From a virus, in IMG/VR virus record IMGVR_UViG_3300033067_000713, positions 1 to 64,000 of that record: DNA of 64,000 nt; one strand, 5' to 3'. This document shows, one piece after another, positions 58,101 through 64,000 of this stretch (its first letter is position 1; each line of letters starts with the position of its first letter). The notes below the pieces were generated by a model. It was not told the origin of the DNA and searched no databases. It saw only the letters and a program-made list of their open reading frames with translations. The translations under genes and the position numbers were made by a program.

Positions 58101-59388
58101 ACCAATTAGTATTACTTTCTTGATTATAAGGATTAATAGCATCATGTTCTTTATCTACTTCTGTCCAAGAATTACCTATACCTGGTCCACTTGTTATAAC
58201 TAAAGAAGGAGCATTTATAGTAATATCTCCTTTAATACTATCTTGTATTAAACTATTTTTAGTACTATCAAATCTATAAACTCTAGTATCATATTCAGGT
58301 AACTCTAATATATTTGTTTTAATATTAGCAGCAATTAATCTATCATCTTTTACTTCAATATCTTTACAAATATCAAAACCAGAAGATAATAAATTTAATT
58401 CAAGTGTTGTAAGTTCTATTGCAGAATCTAAATCACTACAAGTAACAGTTACTTCTCCTGAAGAAGGAATAGGTTGCTCATCAAATTTATAAACAGTAAA
58501 AACATCTAAAGATGTATATAATATAGCAATATGCTCTATAGTAGTATAATCAGTATCTATATCTTTTATTTCATAAGTTACAGACCTTGTTTTAGTACTA
58601 GTATCTCCTATACCTTTAAAATCTTTATAAGCTGTTGTATATATATTTAAATTAGGTAAAGCACATAATGCTGATAAAGGACTAATTAAAGATTCTACTC
58701 CACTATCATCTAATAATCTATAACCAAATTGTATTTCACATCCAGTTGGTAAATTACCTGAACCTAATGTTTGTATTACTGGTTGTGAAAAAGTAACACT
58801 TGGTTTTAATGAAATATTATCTAATGGTATATTTAAAGTATCTTCATCTGCTATATTTAAAGATCTTACTGAATTGTAAAAATCTGTCCAATAAATTCTT
58901 TGTATTTTTTCTGTTTCATATCTTCCTATAGCTCTTCCTATTCTATGATAAGAAGAGAAATTCATTTGTTGATTATAAACTAAATGATTAGCAACAGTTA
59001 ATTCACCAGCAGTTAATCCTATAATTTCTCCTGATGTTTCACTAAATTGCATTTTCCAAATTTGTCCATAAGAACCATTAGGAACAAGTGCTGTTTCATT
59101 AGTAGTAAATATAATAATAGTATCTATCATTGTACACCAACCAATTATTTGTAAATTAGTTTGTGCAGGTATAATAGTACCATCAGTTAAAGTCATTTGT
59201 GCTAAATCAGGTACTTTAAAAGCAATTTTAGTACCTCTTTCATTTTCAAGAGATCCTGTGGATTTACCTTTATCTGTAATTATTCTAAAATCTTGTGCTA
59301 AAAAATAAGAAGATTGATTTTCTTTATTTTTAGCTCCATCTTGGTTCATACCATTAATGTAACCTTTAATTCCTTCCATAATTAACAA
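55141..59388 (-). CDS. hypothetical large protein (1415 aa), possibly a fiber or receptor-binding protein
   Basis: Long ORF rich in Thr, Ser, Gly and Asn, consistent with a beta-rich structural protein. No motif. Confidence 0.5.
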   Translation of the reverse strand: MLIMEGIKGYINGMNQDGAKNKENQSSYFLAQDFRIITDKGKSTGSLENERGTKIAFKVPDLAQMTLTDGTIIPAQTNLQIIGWCTMIDTIIIFTTNETALVPNGSYGQIWKMQFSETSGEIIGLTAGELTVANHLVYNQQMNFSSYHRIGRAIGRYETEKIQRIYWTDFYNSVRSLNIADEDTLNIPLDNISLKPSVTFSQPVIQTLGSGNLPTGCEIQFGYRLLDDSGVESLISPLSALCALPNLNIYTTAYKDFKGIGDTSTKTRSVTYEIKDIDTDYTTIEHIAILYTSLDVFTVYKFDEQPIPSSGEVTVTCSDLDSAIELTTLELNLLSSGFDICKDIEVKDDRLIAANIKTNILELPEYDTRVYRFDSTKNSLIQDSIKGDITINAPSLVITSGPGIGNSWTEVDKEHDAINPYNQESNTNWFSQQYKYKSDGVTIGGSGPNISYEFTKKEIAANFQQSLTDHPSHIEVNRWATTDGDDIMVGQLNADGTTFTIENSDQFKDNSNIYNHGYFRGYSRGETYRFGIVFYDKAGSSSFVSWIGDIRIPDVEDGFPIGTEIGGLEYMYSIGIKFTIDISSIRDKIDGCRIVRVNRELSDKTKLGTGLLMCFDQQDESYETTLLHRWEASNDGAPGPSNPFKISDDTEIYGSTVNNILHLSDKPGFNDPQFNSSDTKRLTYLISPIGQLYPVDFKPGDFIKTTGYQRATCNKYYLNSATTDPDTDKDYGFYYKTKLFIPYTHGREWHEIGAQEIMNIGQYYPAGGILSGYTGENLMNSSYSREATILVSDAKEEHPLGIGSPKMLMLLKSGTGVIHTVDGATQSWHLGGDFRGINFGGTDTSGYVYFKEVHYCRYVLSQYGGNTFADRSKNQYISTNHYQVISDTIPDIITPEVYGGDVFVNYYDDEQIERYQNQDGAFGEPYKVPDVNKLSVAVCFFTESPCNTNYRSGVHWAANRGTSGGYSMGDYQSNQYVYNHIFSQQPIAEQKFFAKDFLIETNEENPFQLWASEPKINGELLDKWRIFKPANKTEVTGTYGPINRIINYKDRLFYYQDMAIGIASINERSIITDASGQQAVLGTGGIFPDYQYLSVITGCYHQFAVVATENGLYHYDARLRKLFKTSEGVMPISDMKGMSSFFDNKITGSINKEDFTLRQIDGGPTGVHGEADYRYNRILYTFLMPYFTDLTGIFDFITGNIIYTGGIYYLVNSDFTFDFGIEPDITEYDVTILTDYQPRYTISYNEVIDAFESFYSYLPGIYLQYGRRLLSVNPNDSKEAYIHNEGDYCFFYNQPETISRLITFLGDNGNITKIFNNLMFLSEAYDTNNLDLYTNTINKFRVRNEYQDTGLISLTNNNNIKRRMRTWRLQIPRDNTDGKSRIRNPWAELTIEYQNAANQRFVLHELGYNYTPAPM

Positions 59389-60209
59389 TTATTTGTAGTA
59401 TCTTCAGTTCCATTTATATTAAAAAATGTAGGAACATCTGATTGATTTGTATTACTTCCACCATTTGTTATATTAGCAGAATTATGTGTATATCTTTCTT
59501 CTTGGTGTCCAGCATTTTTAAAGCCATCACCGTGTTGGTTAATTTTTTTAATAAGTCTAATCCAATTATTTTTAATACTTTCCATCATATCTGGATTAGG
59601 AGTATTACCTCTTGTTTGTGCTGCTCCTAAATACCAATCTCTATCTGCTTGTATTCTATCATAAACACCTACAGCAATTTTACCACTCATCATTTTAATA
59701 AATGCTAATTTCCACATTATATGATAACTTACAGCATTTTTAAATTTAACATCATCTGGTATTAAAGGAAAACCAAATTCATCTACTGGAATAGCTTTAT
59801 AAGATATTCTTACAGTACCTTCATCAAAATTAACAAACATATAATCATCATTAACTTTATAAGTTAAATCTGAATTACAATTTTTATCTTGACATTCAGA
59901 ACAGAACATGTGATACGCATCTGTAGAATATCTCATTTGTATAAATCTTTTAGCACATTTACAATCTTGATTAGGTGCTGCTCCTGAAGTAATTAATAAA
60001 TGCATATCAATAGGTAATTTACCTTTTCTATGTTTAATTTCTATTAATCCTACTCTTTCTCTTAAAGTCATAGGTGCTCCTATTAGTTCAATAGCTTCAC
60101 CTGCCCATTCAACAGCATTACCAAGATCTAATTGATCTATCATATTCATATCTCTATATACTTTTTCTATAATAGAGTTTACAGATACATATTTACCGTT
60201 CCAAATCAT
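59382..60209 (-). CDS. hypothetical protein with a Cys cluster
   Basis: ORF of 275 aa containing CKCAKR...CSECQDKNC. Confidence 0.5.
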   Translation of the reverse strand: MIWNGKYVSVNSIIEKVYRDMNMIDQLDLGNAVEWAGEAIELIGAPMTLRERVGLIEIKHRKGKLPIDMHLLITSGAAPNQDCKCAKRFIQMRYSTDAYHMFCSECQDKNCNSDLTYKVNDDYMFVNFDEGTVRISYKAIPVDEFGFPLIPDDVKFKNAVSYHIMWKLAFIKMMSGKIAVGVYDRIQADRDWYLGAAQTRGNTPNPDMMESIKNNWIRLIKKINQHGDGFKNAGHQEERYTHNSANITNGGSNTNQSDVPTFFNINGTEDTTNNC

Positions 60210-60212
60210 TTA

Positions 60213-60506
60213 TTATAATTTTAAATTATTTAAAGCATTATTTAAAGATTCTTTAAAAGATTCTTTTTTCTCTACTTCACCTGGTTCTTCTAACGGATCT
60301 GTTTTACTAATATAAACTTTTTCATGATCAACCCATTTTTCATTACCTTTTTCTTTTTTATAACCACATTCTCTAACAGTTACTACATAACCATTTTCTA
60401 CTTTTTTAACTTCAATAGAAGTAGTTATACCATCTTGTTCTAATGATTTTCTAGTAACAGATTCTTCAGTACCTTTAATCATTAATTTTTCTGTTGTTTT
60501 AGCCAT
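60213..60506 (-). CDS. hypothetical protein
   Basis: ORF of 97 aa. Confidence 0.45.
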   Translation of the reverse strand: MAKTTEKLMIKGTEESVTRKSLEQDGITTSIEVKKVENGYVVTVRECGYKKEKGNEKWVDHEKVYISKTDPLEEPGEVEKKESFKESLNNALNNLKL

Positions 60507-60507
60507 T

Positions 60508-61056
60508 TTATTTTTCTTTTAAGAAGTAATCAATTGTTCTATCTTCATCTTGAAATATTCTAGCTAATCCTTGAGTAGCTGTTCTACAAGGTTTAAAACA
60601 ATAAGCACTTTTATTTTTAAAATTACTTTGTATAGTTTTCCATACAAATTTACCTACATATTGATTAGAATGTTCATTATGAAATCTTATAAATTTTTTA
60701 TCTTCTTTAGCTTTAATATTTTCTTTCCAAAGCTTTCTAGTTTCTTTCCAATTTATAGGCATTCTATTTATTAATATACCATTCTCATCTATTCTTAATT
60801 CTGGTTTTTGCTTTCTAATACATATAATACCAAGTCTAGCAGGTAATATACAATCTAAAGGATCTTTTAATATAGCATCTAATACTTTTAAATTACATTG
60901 TTCTAGTACTTTAGTATATTGAGATTTAGTTAAATAATATTTACTATCAAAATATACTTTAGTTTTATTATTGATTTTTTCTTTAAAATGCATTGATGCA
61001 TAATATTTGTAAAAATCAACACTAGTAATATGTATTTTATGTTTTAACTTAGGCAT
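60508..61056 (-). CDS. hypothetical basic protein
   Basis: ORF of 182 aa. Confidence 0.5.
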   Translation of the reverse strand: MPKLKHKIHITSVDFYKYYASMHFKEKINNKTKVYFDSKYYLTKSQYTKVLEQCNLKVLDAILKDPLDCILPARLGIICIRKQKPELRIDENGILINRMPINWKETRKLWKENIKAKEDKKFIRFHNEHSNQYVGKFVWKTIQSNFKNKSAYCFKPCRTATQGLARIFQDEDRTIDYFLKEK

Positions 61057-61757
61057 TAGCTTTTATTATTAGCATCTACATTATCTTTAGCATCATTAGA
61101 AGTATCTTTAGGTATTTGTAAAGAACCTAATAATTGCCTCATTACTCTATCTTTTATAATAGGTATCATCCATCCATGAATGGGATAAGTTTGATCATTA
61201 GAATAACATACTTCATTAGTATCACATCTATTATATCTTTTAGCATCTGTAGGATCTTCTAATACGCCTGCTAAATTAAATACTCCTAATAATTCATTTG
61301 CTGGATCATTAGATTTAAAATAGATATAACCATTATATAATGTAGAAAATATCATATTTTTATTATATTTACTTTCTCCACTATATACAAATTGAGTATA
61401 AGGTACAAATGAAAAAGGTCTGCTAAGTTTTTTAACAGGACCTATTCTTGTAATACCATTACCACCATCTGTTTCTATAAATTGAGGTACTTTATCTACT
61501 GTTCTTAATACATAACAATCAGTATCTACATCACAACATTCTGAAGCTTCTACTTCTGTTATCTCTATACAACCTAAATCTTGTATTAATTGAGTATCTA
61601 ATTTACCTCCATTTTTTAGCATTTCTCTAATGATTAATGCTCTTTGAGTATTTACATGAAATTGTACTTGTCTTTCATCAATATCCATATCATCAGATAA
61701 TTGATAACCTTTTAACAATTCTAAAATATCAAATGTAATATTATTTAAACTTATCAT
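61056..61757 (-). CDS. hypothetical protein
   Basis: ORF of 233 aa. Confidence 0.5.
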   Translation of the reverse strand: MISLNNITFDILELLKGYQLSDDMDIDERQVQFHVNTQRALIIREMLKNGGKLDTQLIQDLGCIEITEVEASECCDVDTDCYVLRTVDKVPQFIETDGGNGITRIGPVKKLSRPFSFVPYTQFVYSGESKYNKNMIFSTLYNGYIYFKSNDPANELLGVFNLAGVLEDPTDAKRYNRCDTNEVCYSNDQTYPIHGWMIPIIKDRVMRQLLGSLQIPKDTSNDAKDNVDANNKS

Positions 61758-61767
61758 TTTAATTTAT

Positions 61768-62700
61768 TTAAAGATCCATAGGAAGTAATATTGGTAATGT
61801 TCCTTTATTTAATACAACTGAACAACCTATTACTGGTTTAGGACCATTTTTACCATAAGCAAAAGCAAAACTATTTCTATCAATACCACAACCTGTTTGT
61901 AATCCAAATACTTTATGTCTAGCACCTACTCCATAATGAATATAAAATTTACTATGAAGATGTCCTTGTACTTGTGATATTAATTCTGTAGTCATTCTTT
62001 TAGAAGCTTCACCAGCTTCACCATGATTATAACATACATTATTCATTACTATTTCCATTACAAAATCCACATTAGGAGTATCTAATGCTTCAGAATAAGA
62101 TTTTAACCATCTATCTGATATACCACCTGATTTTGCTTTTCTAGATACCATTCTATCATGATTACCTATACAAACATAAGCTTTTGGAAAAGTATAATAC
62201 CATTCTTTAATTCTACTTTTTGCTAAATCAAATTCTTTATTTGGACCATCAGTATCTAATTCACTTTCATGATAAGAAGAATAATGATTATCAATTATAT
62301 CTCCTATAAATACTACTGTTCCACAATTATATTCTTCTTGTTTTTTTCTACAAAATTCTAAATATTCAGATAAACAAAAAGGTTCATGAAGATCACCTAT
62401 TACTAAAACATTATCTTTATTTCCTGTTAAAAAAGGTTCAATTTTTCTCTTCTTTTTAGAAGTTAAATCTTCTCTTTCTTGTTTAAATTTTTTCCACTCT
62501 AAAAATTCTTGATATTCAGCATTAATAATTTTTTCTTCATTTTTTAATGTAGGTATATATACTACATTTTTATTTGTTTTTCTGGCTTCTATTAAAGCAT
62601 TTTTAGCTACTTTAAAAGATACACCAAATGTATCTGCAATTTTATTAGGTCCACACTTCAAGTAACCTGGTTTTTTTAATAATTCTTGTACTAAATTCAT
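61768..62700 (-). CDS. calcineurin-like metallophosphoesterase
   Basis: Motifs VIGDLHEPF, FIGDIIDNH and CIGNHDRMV. Confidence 0.65.
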   Translation of the reverse strand: MNLVQELLKKPGYLKCGPNKIADTFGVSFKVAKNALIEARKTNKNVVYIPTLKNEEKIINAEYQEFLEWKKFKQEREDLTSKKKRKIEPFLTGNKDNVLVIGDLHEPFCLSEYLEFCRKKQEEYNCGTVVFIGDIIDNHYSSYHESELDTDGPNKEFDLAKSRIKEWYYTFPKAYVCIGNHDRMVSRKAKSGGISDRWLKSYSEALDTPNVDFVMEIVMNNVCYNHGEAGEASKRMTTELISQVQGHLHSKFYIHYGVGARHKVFGLQTGCGIDRNSFAFAYGKNGPKPVIGCSVVLNKGTLPILLPMDL

Positions 62701-62755
62701 TAGTGATTATTTAAGTTAAACTTCCTCTTCCTAGTGCAAAGATACAAATAAAATT

Positions 62756-63304
62756 TTATTTATTACGTCTTATTTCTTTTAATTCTTTAGATTTATCTTC
62801 AGAACCTTTAGAAGTACCTCTATGAAATTGTAAAGAAATCATAAATACTGCTGTAATAGTACCATAAATTGATAACACAGCAGTCATATCAGCATTACTA
62901 TCTATAATTTTAAAAGCTTTAGCAACTATAAATACAGTAACTGTACCCCAAATAGCTCCTAAAAATAAATCTAAAATATAACCTACATTTTTAGATAACC
63001 AAGAAGCTTTATCTGATTCTTGTATTTTAGTATTATTCATTCTAGCATCTTGAGTATCAGCTAGATAAGCTTTCTCTCTATCTATTTCTACTTTTAATTT
63101 TTCAATAGCTATCTCTTCAACTCTTTCTTCATGAGCCATTATTTTCTCTTGTAATAAAGCCTCAATTTCTGATTTTTTATTTTCAAGTATAGCTTTTTCT
63201 TCTTTGCTAGTAAAAAGATTATCTAAACCATCTCCTACTGCTTTAACTAATTCTGGACCTTTACCAGAAATTACACCTTTTAATGCTGTTAATATTCCTG
63301 GCAT
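62756..63304 (-). CDS. membrane protein (coiled coil plus two C-terminal transmembrane helices)
   Basis: ORF of 182 aa containing ILDLFLGAIWGTVTVFIVA and AVLSIYGTITAVFMISL. Confidence 0.5.
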   Translation of the reverse strand: MPGILTALKGVISGKGPELVKAVGDGLDNLFTSKEEKAILENKKSEIEALLQEKIMAHEERVEEIAIEKLKVEIDREKAYLADTQDARMNNTKIQESDKASWLSKNVGYILDLFLGAIWGTVTVFIVAKAFKIIDSNADMTAVLSIYGTITAVFMISLQFHRGTSKGSEDKSKELKEIRRNK

Positions 63305-63305
63305 A

Positions 63306-63548
63306 TTATTTAATTTTACAGAATTTTTTAACTTTTTTCTTTATATCCTCCCAATTTAATACTAAAAATATAGTAAAAGATAATATAGAACAAATTTTTA
63401 CAATTGGTGAGAGTAATACATCTATATCTTTTAACTTATCATTAAAGTTAACAGATATAAATCCTAAAAATGAAGTTATTACTGTTAACATAAAGTTAAT
63501 TATTGTGTTACTATGTAGTGAATTATTATCTATTGTATTATGTTCCAT
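63306..63548 (-). CDS. small two-transmembrane membrane protein (holin-like candidate)
   Basis: An 80-aa ORF with two hydrophobic segments and a Lys-rich C-terminus. It is contiguous with the upstream minus-strand gene. The overlapping plus-strand ORF is judged spurious. Confidence 0.35.
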   Translation of the reverse strand: MEHNTIDNNSLHSNTIINFMLTVITSFLGFISVNFNDKLKDIDVLLSPIVKICSILSFTIFLVLNWEDIKKKVKKFCKIK

Positions 63549-63558
63549 TTAATATTTA

Positions 63559-63882
63559 TTATAAATTTATTATATATTCAACAAAGTCTATGATATTTTT
63601 ATCATAAAATCCCCAATTAGCTTTTTTAATTTTATTTTTAATAAAATCTAAATCTGCATCTTCTACTTCAAGAGATTCTTTTGTTTTATCACAAACAGTT
63701 TCAATTCTAGTTATTTGTTTAATCTCTTCATAAGAAAAACCTTTTTCAGGATTATTAGGTGTTTTACAATGATCAAAAATAATTTCTGAATATTTTTTTT
63801 CTAAAGGTTTTTGAACAAAACCTTCTTTAGGTATAAAAACATCTGTTAAAAATGTAATTGTTTTGTTTTTTATTGATTTCAT
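63559..63882 (-). CDS. hypothetical protein
   Basis: ORF of 107 aa. Confidence 0.45.
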   Translation of the reverse strand: MKSIKNKTITFLTDVFIPKEGFVQKPLEKKYSEIIFDHCKTPNNPEKGFSYEEIKQITRIETVCDKTKESLEVEDADLDFIKNKIKKANWGFYDKNIIDFVEYIINL

Positions 63883-64000
63883 ATAAATAATTTTTTTTTG
63901 TAAAGATAATTAAATTTTATTTAATAAAAAACAATTTTCTAGATTTATAAATCTTTCATAATCTTGTGGAAAAGCTACTCTTAATTTTTTAAATGATTCT

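Noticed and set aside
32184-59388. Virion multisubunit-like RNA polymerase (crAss/YonO type) or an N4-type virion RNAP among the giant minus-strand proteins.
   Set aside because: Scanned the giant proteins for DxDGD, NADFDGD or T7-like RNAP motifs (HDS, RxxxK...YG) and found none. The only DFDID pentad (N-terminus of the 1674-aa protein) lies in a protein whose recognisable core is a RecD-like helicase.
1-64000. CRISPR array, retron or diversity-generating retroelement.
   Set aside because: No regularly spaced direct repeats and no reverse transcriptase-like ORF were detected. The repeats found are isolated inverted repeats or hairpins.

Overview
This 64 kb window reads as a contiguous piece of a large, AT-rich (about 30% GC) double-stranded DNA phage genome. 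Coding is dense and split into two blocks. From 1 to about 32 kb nearly all genes are on the + strand and form an early/DNA-metabolism module. This module carries a family A DNA polymerase with proofreading exonuclease, a DnaB-like helicase interrupted by a group I intron carrying a GIY-YIG homing endonuclease, a AAA_24-like ATPase, an SSB-like protein, a TOPRIM primase, a 5'-3' exonuclease/flap endonuclease, dUTPase, a class II ribonucleotide reductase-like protein, a MazG-like pyrophosphatase, a T4 gp42-like dCMP hydroxymethylase, a SAR-type T4-lysozyme-like endolysin, an SPFH/band-7 protein, two further homing endonucleases (LAGLIDADG and HNH) and an RNA ligase 2-family enzyme with an N-terminal tRNA-binding domain. 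From about 32.2 to 63.9 kb all genes are on the - strand and include very large proteins of 1027, 1674, 3247, 899, 735 and 1415 aa. These look like virion or injected proteins. One carries an embedded RecD-like SF1 helicase domain. Another carries an embedded T4-Pnk-like polynucleotide kinase domain plus a zincin HExxH motif. Three tRNAs can be folded by eye: Arg-TCT, a Met/Ile2-CAT, and an atypical Ile-GAT-like gene. A tRNA 3'-half-like fragment is also present. Translation starts lack Shine-Dalgarno sequences and have A-rich leaders, and TAnnTTTG -7-like motifs precede the homing endonuclease genes; together these point to a Bacteroidota host. The most unusual content is a compact operon encoding a JAB/MPN+ isopeptidase and a ThiF/E1-like enzyme, preceded by a large protein with a possible E2-like Cys/His segment and by a 77-aa ubiquitin-like candidate. 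This is a ubiquitin-like conjugation toolkit carried by the phage itself. Other notable content is a dispersed tRNA heal-and-seal repair set (metallophosphatase, Pnk-like kinase, tRNA-binding RNA ligase), evidence for 5-hydroxymethylcytosine DNA, and the intron-split helicase.
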